Source: an uncultured Verrucomicrobiae bacterium | Lineage (GTDB): Bacteria; Verrucomicrobiota; Verrucomicrobiia; Chthoniobacterales; Chthoniobacteraceae | Assembly (NCBI GenBank): GCA_963769025.1 | Contig: CAVYKI010000009.1 | Location: forward strand, 224,001-288,000 | Length of the DNA: 64,000 nt | Direction: 5' to 3' | In this document: positions 52,953 to 64,000 of the stretch, in pieces | How positions within the stretch are numbered: position 1 is the stretch's first letter | How the letters are laid out: each line of letters starts with the position of its first letter | Notes under the pieces: model-generated | What the model was told of the DNA's origin: nothing | The model's input: the letters and a program-made list of their open reading frames with translations, nothing else | Database searches by the model: none | Position numbers and translations under genes: made by a program

Positions 52953-53270
52953 ATGCTTTCCCGTCCCACCCTCACGATCGCGCTCGGCGCACTGGCTGTC
53001 CTCGGATTCAGCGCGTGCAAGACCGTTTACTCCGACACCTTCTCCTATCGGAAAAACTCGTTCAAGCCGCCGGTCGCGAAGGCTCCGGTAATCACGGAAC
53101 CAGTGGCCCCTCATGGGCTGGAGGGCGGTGGAATACCCGGTGGTATGCCGCCAGGCCTCGACGGAATGCCCGGCGCACCGATGCCCGATGCCGGAGGAAT
53201 CCCTGGAATCCCCGGCGCCGCACCCGAGGTGCCTGGTGCGCCGGCGGCGCCCGCCATTCCGGGCCTGTAG
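52953..53270 (+). CDS. Hypothetical lipoprotein with Pro/Gly-rich tail
   Basis: MLSRPTLTIALGALAVLGFSAC lipobox; repeated PG/PGG units. Confidence 0.7.
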   Translation: MLSRPTLTIALGALAVLGFSACKTVYSDTFSYRKNSFKPPVAKAPVITEPVAPHGLEGGGIPGGMPPGLDGMPGAPMPDAGGIPGIPGAAPEVPGAPAAPAIPGL

Positions 53271-53329
53271 CGATGCGGGTGAGCGCGGTGACGGAATGCC
53301 GCGCCCTTTCTTAATTTCGCAACCCGGTC

Positions 53330-55987
53330 GTGAGCAGCGAATCCAAGCCACCTGAACCGGTGACTGCCCCTGCAGAGGAGCAGCCGAGGGGTGAGATCGA
53401 GGCCGAGATGATGGTGTATATCGGTGACGAAAACGTCGCCAAGTTTTCGCTTCGCCACGGCGAATATATCATCGGCCGCGACCACGGCTGCCAGGTGAGC
53501 ATCGACGTGGAGGGAATATCTCGGCACCACGCTCGGCTGACTTTTCATGGCTACGAACTCGTCATCGAGGATCTCGGTTCGGCGAATGGCGTCTTCATCG
53601 AGGGTGTCCGCATTCAGCTCCCCACGCGCGTGCGGCCGGACCAGCAGATTGAAGTCGGCAGCGCGCGAATTTTTGTCCGGCTGAAGACGGAATCCTCGGA
53701 GATGTTCGCCGCCGCACTGTGGGATCCCGACCTCGGTCTCGCGCCGGTGCGCGCGGTGCTCGAAGGGAAGAAATACAAGGTGCTCGGCACCATCGGCCGC
53801 GGCGGGATGGGCGTGGTCCATCAGGCCCGCGATCTGCGCATCCTTCGCAATGTCGCGATGAAAGTCATCAAGACATCGAGCCAGTTTTCGAAGGAAAACG
53901 TTCTGCGTTTTGTGGATGAAGCGCAGCTCACCGGGCAGCTCCAGCACCCGAATATCATCCCCGTTTACGAACTGGGGCTCGATGAATACGGCGAGGTCTT
54001 CTACACGATGAAGTACGTGAAGGGCACGACGCTGGATCAGGTGTTGCGCCGGATTCGCGAGGGCGAGGAGCTCGCGATCAAGAAATTCCCGCTGGCGACG
54101 CTGCTTACGGTCTTCCAGAAGATGTGCGACGGCGTGGCCTACGCGCATTCCATGGGCGTCGTGCATCGCGACCTGAAGCCCGACAACGTGATGATCGGCG
54201 AATACGGTGAGGTTCTCGTGATGGACTGGGGCCTCGCAAAAAAAATGGCGAGCGGGATGCACGAAGAGCATCTCGGCGACACCAGGGCGCAGATGCCCCC
54301 GTCCGATCTCCGCGGCTTCGAGACGCTGAATGGGCTCATCGTCGGCACGCCGCCGTACATTTCGCCGGAGGCGGCGCGCGGCGAACTCGACCGGATCGAT
54401 CCGCGCAGCGACATCTTTGTCCTCGGCACGATTCTTTACGCCATCCTCACGCTGCGGCCACCGTACCCGGGCAAGGAGTTCGGCGAGCTCATCGAGCAGA
54501 TCGTGACGGGGCAATTCGCGCACCCGACGACTTACAGCCAGCCCGTCAGCCCGCTCAGGCCGTCCGATCCGCCGCCGCCGGGACCGGATGGAGTGAACTG
54601 CGTGCTCTCGCATCTGCCCGGCCGCCGGGTGCCCGAGGGCCTCGCCGCTATCGTGGTGAAGGCGATGGCGAACGAAATGGAACTCCGTTACCAGTCGGTC
54701 GCGGAACTGCAGGTGGACATTCTCGCGTGGCAGGGCGGCTTTGCCCCGAAGGCCGAGCGGGCGGGGATCGGCCGGCAACTCATCCTTTGGGGCGTGAGGC
54801 ACAAGGCAAACGTCCTCGTGTTCGGGGTTTTCTTCATCCTTCTGAACACGGCGCTCGTGGTGTTCGTGCTTTCGCTCAAGCACGAGCGCGATCGCGCCCG
54901 CGAGAGCGAACTGGCTGCGACTGCGAGCGCGAGCCAGCTTTCGCAGGCGCTCACCGACCTTCGTGGCGCCGCGCCGTTTTTCGTCGAGGAGGCAAAGGAA
55001 CTCGTGAAGAAAAAGGACCTCGATACCGCGCTCGCCCGGATCGATTCCGCGATTCGGCAGCTTCCAAACGAGGCGGACTATTACAATCTGCGGGGAAACA
55101 TCCTCCAGACGATGCTGCGGTGGGATGATGCCGTGGAGGCGTATGAGGAGGCGTTGGACCACAACGCGAAGCTGCCCTCGGCGAGGGAGAATCTCGCGCT
55201 CACGAAAAAGCTGATGGAGCCCGATGGTGCCAATCCCGAGGACCGTGAGCCGAGCACCGCGGATCTGAAGGCGCTCGAAGAAGCTCTCATCAAGCAAAAG
55301 CGCCTCGCCGAAGCCACGGTGCTTACGGACCGTTTTGGCCCCGACAAGCCGCTCGCGATCAAGCTTCTGCGGGAAGCGGTGGAGCAGGATCCGGAACTGA
55401 AGCCGCTGCGCGAATACTTGAAAGGACCCGCACTCCGCGGGCGCTTCCATCGCCTCGAGGACGGGACCTACAGCGCGAACCTGCGCAATCTTCCGCCCCC
55501 GATCTATCTGCCGCTGCTTCGCAGCCAAGTGGTCAGCGTGAGCGTGATCTTCCTGGAGGATCCGAACTTCTCGGATCTCTCCGTCTTTCAGGGGATGAAG
55601 CTGCGCGAACTCTGGCTCGCGGGGTGCACGCGTGTGAGCGATCTGACGCCACTGCGCGACATGCAGTTAAAGGTGCTCAACCTGAACAGGACCGGCGTCA
55701 GCGACCTCTCGCCGTTGGTCGGCATGCCGCTCGTGGATCTCAGTCTCGATGGCTGCACAAAGATCAACGACTTGAAGCCGCTCGTCGAGTGCCGTTCGCT
55801 CGAAAAACTTGTGCTGCCGCGAAACGCGAAGGGCATCGAGTTTCTCCGCAATCACCCAAAACTCAAATTCCTAAGCGCCAAGGGACTCAGCGAGCCGGTC
55901 GCGGAGTTCTGGGCCGACTACGACAAGCGCCGCACTGACAAAGGCAAGCTGCCGGAAAAGCCCGACAAGGAGCAGCCGAAGAAGTAG
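53330..55987 (+). CDS. Membrane Ser/Thr protein kinase: FHA, kinase, TM, TPR, LRR
   Basis: FHA (IGR…ISRHHA…DLGSANG); GRGGMG, VAMK, HRDLKPDN, DWG, GTPPYISPE; TM VLVFGVFFILLNTALVVFV; TPR (YYNLRGN); LRRs (SDLSPL repeats). Confidence 0.93.
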   Translation: MSSESKPPEPVTAPAEEQPRGEIEAEMMVYIGDENVAKFSLRHGEYIIGRDHGCQVSIDVEGISRHHARLTFHGYELVIEDLGSANGVFIEGVRIQLPTRVRPDQQIEVGSARIFVRLKTESSEMFAAALWDPDLGLAPVRAVLEGKKYKVLGTIGRGGMGVVHQARDLRILRNVAMKVIKTSSQFSKENVLRFVDEAQLTGQLQHPNIIPVYELGLDEYGEVFYTMKYVKGTTLDQVLRRIREGEELAIKKFPLATLLTVFQKMCDGVAYAHSMGVVHRDLKPDNVMIGEYGEVLVMDWGLAKKMASGMHEEHLGDTRAQMPPSDLRGFETLNGLIVGTPPYISPEAARGELDRIDPRSDIFVLGTILYAILTLRPPYPGKEFGELIEQIVTGQFAHPTTYSQPVSPLRPSDPPPPGPDGVNCVLSHLPGRRVPEGLAAIVVKAMANEMELRYQSVAELQVDILAWQGGFAPKAERAGIGRQLILWGVRHKANVLVFGVFFILLNTALVVFVLSLKHERDRARESELAATASASQLSQALTDLRGAAPFFVEEAKELVKKKDLDTALARIDSAIRQLPNEADYYNLRGNILQTMLRWDDAVEAYEEALDHNAKLPSARENLALTKKLMEPDGANPEDREPSTADLKALEEALIKQKRLAEATVLTDRFGPDKPLAIKLLREAVEQDPELKPLREYLKGPALRGRFHRLEDGTYSANLRNLPPPIYLPLLRSQVVSVSVIFLEDPNFSDLSVFQGMKLRELWLAGCTRVSDLTPLRDMQLKVLNLNRTGVSDLSPLVGMPLVDLSLDGCTKINDLKPLVECRSLEKLVLPRNAKGIEFLRNHPKLKFLSAKGLSEPVAEFWADYDKRRTDKGKLPEKPDKEQPKK

Positions 55988-56091
55988 GAAACCGGGGGAA
56001 CGGGTGCCGGGGAGTGGCGTTTCGAAACTTCCCGCCGCTGCCCTTTGACAGCACGGCCTGCGTGGCTACGCTGAGGAAGCTCGTCTCTCCA

Positions 56092-56415
56092 ATGCGCAAC
56101 CTGAGTCCGATATCCGGCAGCGAACCTCCTGAAGTGCGTCTTCAGCGGGAAGGCATCTCCGAGACGTGCGGGTGTCTTAGATTCGAGACGCACGGCGCGG
56201 TCTTCAATTCGCCATGCAAACTGGAACTGATGTCCGTGCTCGTGGTCTGTTTCGAATGGCGCCGCGCAGGATGCGGGTGCAGCCGGATGAATCGTGAGGG
56301 AACGGTTGTCGGTTGCACGGAAGCCGCAGACGGCGGCTTCGAGACGACGGTGCTTTTTCTGCCCCACGAGGAGTGCTGCGAAACGGCCCCGGCCTTCACC
56401 CACCTGCAAAACTAG
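56092..56415 (+). CDS. Cys-rich hypothetical protein, possibly PilZ-like
   Basis: HGAVFNSPCKLELMS…REGTVVGC…FETTVLF pattern; upstream TTGACA-N16-TACGCT promoter-like motif. Confidence 0.5.
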   Translation: MRNLSPISGSEPPEVRLQREGISETCGCLRFETHGAVFNSPCKLELMSVLVVCFEWRRAGCGCSRMNREGTVVGCTEAADGGFETTVLFLPHEECCETAPAFTHLQN

Positions 56416-56453
56416 GACCGCAGTGCGCCAGCGTGAATCGCGGGGCGGGGGAG

Positions 56454-56528
56454 TGGTGCCAGGGGGGAGGATTGAACTCCCGACCTAGGGCTTATGAGTC
56501 CCCCGCTCTACCACTGAGCTACCCTGGC
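56454..56528 (-). tRNA. tRNA with CAT anticodon (probably elongator Met; Ile2 not excluded)
   Basis: GCCAGGGTAGCTCAGTGGTAGAGCGGGGGACTCATAAGCCCTAGGTCGGGAGTTCAATCCTCCCCCCTGGCACCA folds into a cloverleaf with encoded CCA. Paired G1-C72 argues against initiator. Confidence 0.95.
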
Positions 56529-56610
56529 GTAACGTTTCGGGCCGCGGAAATTAGCGGCTCCGCCTTGCGTGGCAAGTGCGGAGTTCTTCAACTTTTTCCC
56601 GCAGGAATTC

Positions 56611-57558
56611 TTACTTCGCCGGCGGCGTGGCCGCGCCCTTGGCGATCATTTCCTTCACGCGCTCCTCGATGGCCGCGGCCTGCTTGCCTTCCTCGGAAGC
56701 GGCGTCGAGCGCCTTCACTTCGCCCATGAGCTTGACGACGGTTTCATTATCACCCGGCGGGCGGTAGATCTGGAGCAGCGAAAGCAGCGCGATCTGCTTC
56801 TGATTCGCAGTCAGCTTTGGGTGCGAGGCGATGAATTCATCCGCCTTCTTGCGGGCCGCGGCCGGCCCGTCTTTCCCGGCAACCGTCCCGATCTCGCCTT
56901 GCAGCGTGGCCATGTCGGCCTTGAATCCCATGGCCGAGCCCACGCCGGTCTCGTCCTTCGGGTCGAGCGCGGTGATTTCGGCGATGACCTTCGAGTAGTG
57001 CTGCGCCGCGAGTTCGTCGCTCAGCACCTTCAACCCCGCCGCGAGAAATTTCGCCTTTTCCACGCCCTGCGCGCCTTCGGCCTTTTTCCACGCCTCGTCG
57101 CGCTTGGTTTTGATGGCGCGGAGTTCTTCGAGGTGCGGCAGATACTTTTCGGGTCCGCCGGGTTGGTAGCCGGTCTGCGCGTACGGACGGCCCTGCGCGT
57201 CGGTGAGGACGATGCTCGGGAATCCCTGAATGCCGAACTGCTGCTGGAGCTTTGCGTTTTGCTCCTGCGTCTCCTTGCTCAGTTTGGTCTTGTTCTGCGG
57301 AAAATCGAGTTCGACCAGGATGAAGTTCTTCGGTGCCGCAGCCTTGAACGCATCGAGATCAAACACCTCCTTGCGCAGCTTGATGCACCAGCCGCACCAG
57401 TCCGAGCCGGTGAAATCGAGCAGCAGGTCCTTGCCTTCCGCCGCTGCGGTTTGCTTCGCCTTTTCAAAATCGGTGACCCACAGGTCTCCGGCGGCAAACG
57501 TGGATACGGTGAGGGTCCACGCGAGCGTGGCGGCGGCGGTGAGGGATGCGAAACGCAT
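56611..57558 (-). CDS. Secreted thioredoxin-family protein
   Basis: Signal peptide, FTGSDWCGWC, LDFP, GFPS; helical C-terminal extension. Confidence 0.9.
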   Translation of the reverse strand: MRFASLTAAATLAWTLTVSTFAAGDLWVTDFEKAKQTAAAEGKDLLLDFTGSDWCGWCIKLRKEVFDLDAFKAAAPKNFILVELDFPQNKTKLSKETQEQNAKLQQQFGIQGFPSIVLTDAQGRPYAQTGYQPGGPEKYLPHLEELRAIKTKRDEAWKKAEGAQGVEKAKFLAAGLKVLSDELAAQHYSKVIAEITALDPKDETGVGSAMGFKADMATLQGEIGTVAGKDGPAAARKKADEFIASHPKLTANQKQIALLSLLQIYRPPGDNETVVKLMGEVKALDAASEEGKQAAAIEERVKEMIAKGAATPPAK

Positions 57559-57641
57559 AAGGACGCCTCGATAGCCGTTGTCCGGCGATGCTCAACAAAT
57601 AACGGAGAGTTTCTTTTCGTGCCATCGTCGGGCTGCGCGCC

Positions 57642-57670
57642 TTGACTCGCACTTCGTCCGGCCCTATCCT
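57642..57670 (+). promoter_or_regulatory. Putative sigma70 promoter of the thiC leader
   Basis: TTGACT-N17-TATCCT just upstream of the riboswitch. Confidence 0.6.
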
Positions 57671-57683
57671 CGGCCGCAACCAA

Positions 57684-57765
57684 CGCAGGGGAGCCGGCTG
57701 GCTGAGACGCGCGAAAGCGCGAACCCTTTGAACCTGATGCGGGTAATTCCGCCGAAGGGAGCAAA
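57684..57765 (+). ncRNA. TPP riboswitch
   Basis: AGGGGAGC…GCTGAGA…ACCCTTTGAACCTGATGCGGGTAATTCCGCCGAAGGGA directly upstream of thiC. Confidence 0.95.
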
Positions 57766-57769
57766 GCTC

Positions 57770-57801
57770 AGCCGTGCCGCGACTTCGCCGCACGGCTTTT
57801 T
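57770..57801 (+). terminator. Intrinsic terminator forming the riboswitch expression platform
   Basis: AGCCGTGC…GCACGGCT followed by TTTT, between the aptamer and the thiC ATG. Confidence 0.75.
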
Positions 57802-57819
57802 CATTTTCCATCTCCATCC

Positions 57820-59786
<1,967 letters not shown>

Positions 59787-60030
59787 ACCATAAGTCAGTC
59801 GTAAAATGAAGCATGGAACTCAGGAGATTTGGAGCCGACTTAGGCGTACGCCGCCCAAGCCGCGCTTTGAGGCTGAGCAGCAGTTTGCGCCAGCTCGTCG
59901 CGCTCTTGCTCCACTCGATTCACTGCGCTGGCAGGGCTCTGAAAGCTGAAGAAATCGCGGGGCCAAAAATCATTCGCAATCCGGCAAGGCGGTTCTAGCC
60001 TTTGGGTGAATACAAACAGGAGGTTGGATC

Positions 60031-61731
60031 ATGAAAGCACTGCTCCCGATCATTCTAGCAAGCGCGGTGGCGATTTCGGGCGGCGACTGCGGGGCCGCCG
60101 CCGAGGAGAAACCGGAGAAGGCTTCCGTAAAACTTTCCGCCGGCGATTTGCGCAGAAGCGGAACCATCCGGTTCGACGTGAACTGCGCGCCGGAGGTGAA
60201 GGAGGATTTTCTCAACGCCCTCGCGCTGCTCCATTCGTTTTTCTACGACGAGGCGCAGAGCCGTTTCCAGGCCATCACGAAGCGCGATCCGGCTTGCGCC
60301 ATGGCGTGGTGGGGCGTGGCGATGACATGCTATCATCCGCTCTGGGCGCCGCCGACTGCGGAGGAGTTTGAAAAGGGCCGCGCAGCCGCGCTGACGGCAA
60401 AAAAGATGGGCGGCCGGACCGAACTTGAACGCGGCCTCATTGACGCGGTCGTCGCGTATTTCGAGACTGCGCTGGCCTCCGGGCCGGCGGGGCCTGTCTC
60501 GCAAAGCTGCCACGGGCCGCGGCAGCAGAGCACCCGGGCGATGGCCTTCAAGAACTCCCTCGAACGTCTGCGCCAGCAGCATCCCGATGAAGTGGAGGTG
60601 AGCGTCTTCTACGCCCTCTCGCTGCTCGGCACGGCGCTGCCCTCCGACAAGACTTATGCGAACCAGCTCCAAGCCACGGCGATCCTCGAGCCGCTGTTTG
60701 AAAAGCACCCGGATCATCCCGGCATCGCGCATTACATCATTCACGCCTATGACTACGCGGCGCTCGCTCCGCGCGGATTGAATGCGGCACGCCGCTACGG
60801 TGAAATCGCGCCGTGGGTGCCGCATGCGCTCCACATGCCTTCGCACATCTACACGCGGCTCGGGATGTGGAAGGAATCGATCGCTTCGAACCTCGCCTCC
60901 GTCACGGCCGCGCGCGAATGGTCCGCGCGCACCAAGGGCGGCGCCGCAGTGATGGACGACATCCACGGGCTCGACTACCTCGTCTTTGCCTATCTCCAGA
61001 CCGGCCGCGACCGGGAAGCCGGCGAGATCGTCGGGCACCTGGCGAAGGTCGAGAAGTTTGATCAGGAGGGAAATTTCGCCGTCGGCTACGCGGTGGGCGC
61101 GATCCCGGCGCGCTGGACGCTCGAGCGCAAGCGCTGGACGGAGGCGGCGGAGCTGCCCGTCTGGCACATGAACGTGCTCCGGCATTTCCCGGTCGGGGAG
61201 GTTCACATCCAGTTCGCACGGGCCATGGGTGCGGCGCGCAGTGGGAAAATCGAAGCCGCGGAGGCGGCCATCGCGCGGATCGATCAGCTCCGTGCTGCGC
61301 TCAAGGAGGCCAATTCACAATGGTGGCTGGACCAGGCGGAAATCCAGCGGATCTCCGCCGCCGGCTGGCTGGCGCGGGCGAAGGGCGACGGAGCGGAGGC
61401 CGAAAAGTTCCTGCGGTCCGCCGCCGAACTGGAGGATCGCATGGGCGGTCATCCGGTTACGCCGGGCCAGGTCCTGCCTGCACGCGAGCAACTCGGCGAT
61501 CTGCTCGCGGAATTGGGCCGCCCTGCCGATGCGCTCGCGGAGTTCGAGAACTCGCTGAAGAACTATCCCAACCGATTCAACTCACACTTCGGCGCCGGTC
61601 GTGCGGCGGCGCAGTGCGGGAAACCGGACATCGCCCGGGTTCACTACCAGCATGCCATCGACCTGGCCGGAAAAGGCGACGGCCGGCGCGAGGAACTGGC
61701 CGCGGCCCGCGCATTTCTCGCGCAGCGCTGA
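60031..61731 (+). CDS. Secreted TPR-repeat protein with His-rich core
   Basis: Signal peptide, [43 protein letters not shown] helices. Confidence 0.8.
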   Translation: MKALLPIILASAVAISGGDCGAAAEEKPEKASVKLSAGDLRRSGTIRFDVNCAPEVKEDFLNALALLHSFFYDEAQSRFQAITKRDPACAMAWWGVAMTCYHPLWAPPTAEEFEKGRAAALTAKKMGGRTELERGLIDAVVAYFETALASGPAGPVSQSCHGPRQQSTRAMAFKNSLERLRQQHPDEVEVSVFYALSLLGTALPSDKTYANQLQATAILEPLFEKHPDHPGIAHYIIHAYDYAALAPRGLNAARRYGEIAPWVPHALHMPSHIYTRLGMWKESIASNLASVTAAREWSARTKGGAAVMDDIHGLDYLVFAYLQTGRDREAGEIVGHLAKVEKFDQEGNFAVGYAVGAIPARWTLERKRWTEAAELPVWHMNVLRHFPVGEVHIQFARAMGAARSGKIEAAEAAIARIDQLRAALKEANSQWWLDQAEIQRISAAGWLARAKGDGAEAEKFLRSAAELEDRMGGHPVTPGQVLPAREQLGDLLAELGRPADALAEFENSLKNYPNRFNSHFGAGRAAAQCGKPDIARVHYQHAIDLAGKGDGRREELAAARAFLAQR

Positions 61732-61773
61732 CAGGCCTTACGGCGCGCGTCCACGCGAGGCCCGCTGCTCCGC

Positions 61774-63162
61774 TCAGAGGCTGGCGGTCATCTCCTTGAT
61801 CTGCTTGGTCGCGATGCCAATGGGCCGGTCCAGCGGAACGCCGGCGCAGGCGAGGAGCGTGGTGAGCAGGTCGCCTTGATTGCCTTTGGTGTCGGCCAGG
61901 AAGCGTCCCGTGTTGATGCGAGCCGCCGCCCTTGCCGGCGATGATGAAGGGCAGGTTTTCGCGGGCGTGCTTGTTGCCGTCCTCGAGGCCGGAGCCCCAC
62001 ATCATGATGCAGTTGTCGAGCAGGGTGCCGTCGCCTTCGCGCAGGCTGGCCATCTTCTTCACCATGTAGGCGAACTGGGCGATGTTGAAGGCGGTGATCG
62101 CGGCGACTTTGCCGACCTTCTCGGCCTCGTTGTTGTGATGGGTCTGGGAGTGATGCTCGTCCGTGAACCCGAGTTCCGGATAGGAAACGCCGTTCGGCGT
62201 GGAGCCGATGTAGGTGCTGACGCGCGTCGTGTCGGTCTGGAAGGCGAGCACGTTGAGGTCGCACATCACCTGCATGTATTCGCTGCGCTTGTCGCCCTCG
62301 GGAATCTTGATCTCGATCGGCGGCGAATCCGACGCGTTGCGTTTGCTCGACGCTGACGCCGGCCTTCTCCAGCGCCGCTTCCTTCTGGCGGTACTCGATG
62401 GCGGCGATGCGGCGTTCCACGGCGCGCACGCTGTCGAGGTATTCATCGAGCTTGTGCTGGTCGTCCTGGGGCAGCCTCCGGCGCAGGTCCCTGGCGCCGC
62501 CGAGGACCAGGTCGAGCATCTGCCGATCGAGCGGGTCCGCCTGGCGACGCTGTCCGGGCTTGATCGGACTTGCCGAAGAGCCGGTTCAGCACGCTGCGCG
62601 GATTGATCTCGGCGGGGACGGCCTGCGTGGGCGAGCGGAAGCTGCAGTGCGAGTAGTACCCCTCGTTCAGCCCCTCCTGGTTTTCCTTGTGCGTCTGCGG
62701 CATCGTGGCCAGTTCCAGCGACGGCAGCGAGGTGAAGCCGCCCACGTAATTGGCGGCGATCTGGTCCGCGGAGATCGCGATGTTGATCTGGTTGCGCTTG
62801 TCCGCATCCGGCAGCTGCGCCGTGAGCCAGGTCGAGAGTTCGAGCGCGTGCGGCGCGCCATTGAAGGGCGAGATCGGCACGCCCGAGATGCCCTTCATCA
62901 GCAGACACTGATCGAGCACGGGCCGCAGCGATTCCAGCGCCGGCGGCGGCGCCGACAGGAAGCTCTCCGCGATTCGTCGGGCCAGAACTGATCCATGATC
63001 ACGCCGTGCGGCATGTACATGAAGCCGAGGCGCACCGGCGGCTTGACCGCCTTGCCCTTGGCCGGCGTCCGCCCAGCCCATGGTTTCCAAAAGCGGCAGC
63101 GCGAGCGAGGCTCCGATCCCTTTCAGGCAGGTGCGGCGATTGATGAGGAAGTTATTTTCCAT
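61774..63162 (-). CDS. DUF1552 family protein (frameshifted)
   Basis: [52 protein letters not shown]. Confidence 0.85.
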
Positions 63163-64000
63163 TGGATGAGGAGGTCGACTTGGTTCTTGGACGCGGCGAT
63201 TGACGAAAGGATAGCTGGTGACGATCTCGGTGATGAGCGTCTGCATGCGGTAGCCATCCTTGGCGATGGTCTCCATCAGATGATCGACCACGATTTCGTC
63301 GTAGCCTTCGAGCTGGCGGCACAGGGCATAGGCCAGCAGCTTCTCCGTCAGGTTGCGCGCAAGGTCATCCTTTCGCGCGGCGATGATGGCTTTCAGTTCC
63401 TTGGGCGATGCGAAGCGCTTTCCACCCGGCAGCTCGCCCGCCGCGTCGATCGCCCCGCCGGTGTCGTCCTGGTCGCGCCAGCGCCCGATGGCATCGAAAT
63501 TCTCCAGGCCGAAGCCGATCGGATCGAGAATCTTGTGGCAGTTGGCGCAGACGGCATTCGTGCGGTGCAGTTCCGTGCGCTGGCGCAGGGTCAGATTCGC
63601 GACCGTCTTCTTGTCCTGCTTTTCCAGGGCCGGAACGTTCGGCGGCGCCGGCGGCACATGTTCGCCGAGCACTTGTTCGAGCACCCACACGCCGCGTTTG
63701 ACGGGGCTGGTGCGGTTGGGAAACGAGGTCGTCGCCAGAATGCCGGGCATGCCCAGGATGCCGCCGCGATTGGCATCGGTCAGCTTCACCTTGCGCATCT
63801 CCGGGCCGGTGACGGTTTTTTCCAGGCCGTAGAGCGTGGCGAGCGTCCCGTTGAGGAACGTGTAATCGCTGTCCACGAAACTGACGACGCTCCGGTTTTC
63901 GCGCACGATGCTTTCGAAGAACAGCCGCGCCTCGTCATACATCGCCGCGCGCATCTCGGCGGTCATCTGCGGGAATTTGGCGGTGTCGAAGGTCTTGGTC
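63153..64000 (-). CDS. DUF1592/DUF1588/DUF1585 domain protein (planctomycete-type cytochrome domains), C-terminal part; 5' end lies beyond the window
   Basis: [49 protein letters not shown]. Probable true stop TAA overlaps the start of the DUF1552 gene. Confidence 0.88.

Noticed and set aside
52436..56528. Genomic island integrated at the tRNA 3' end
   Set aside because: No integrase and no duplicated tRNA 3' end was found.
59787..60030. Lower-GC gap after thiC, possible gene remnant
   Set aside because: No intact ORF or identifiable family.
62443..63966. In-frame DUF1592-DUF1552 fusion
   Set aside because: One added base gives …STSSSNGK* overlapping the DUF1552 start, the usual two-gene layout.

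Overview
High-GC bacterial chromosome segment. Gene content (FHA/DWG-type kinase, DUF1592/DUF1552 pair, PQQ-like propeller, redoxin-cytochrome protein, PTP-RpiB-GlyA fusion) suggests a Verrucomicrobiota, possibly Chthoniobacterales-like, organism; this is inference. Many genes, including housekeeping ones (clpB, pyrB, glyA, thiC, folA, pepF, degP), are split by single-base indels. These look like long-read assembly errors, so genes are given reconstructed end to end. Most of the window is housekeeping or metabolic: argG, pyrR-pyrB-pyrC, thyA-folA, iscA-hscB-like, clpB, ychF, argC, a TPP riboswitch with thiC, and tRNA(CAT). The most unusual part is 1-13.6 kb. There a dynamin-like GTPase, a membrane-anchored DUF2760 protein with a GrpE-like C-terminus and two atypical Hsp70 genes lie on one strand, divergent from a secreted protein of about 2,230 aa with unknown function. 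Other points of interest: a triple phosphatase-RpiB-SHMT fusion; a hicB-hicA module coupled to an unannotated 58-aa zinc-finger gene; a PyrR-type hairpin covering its own ribosome-binding site; several families of intergenic palindromic repeats; recurrent leaderless-type promoters. No CRISPR array, rRNA, integrase or transposase was seen.
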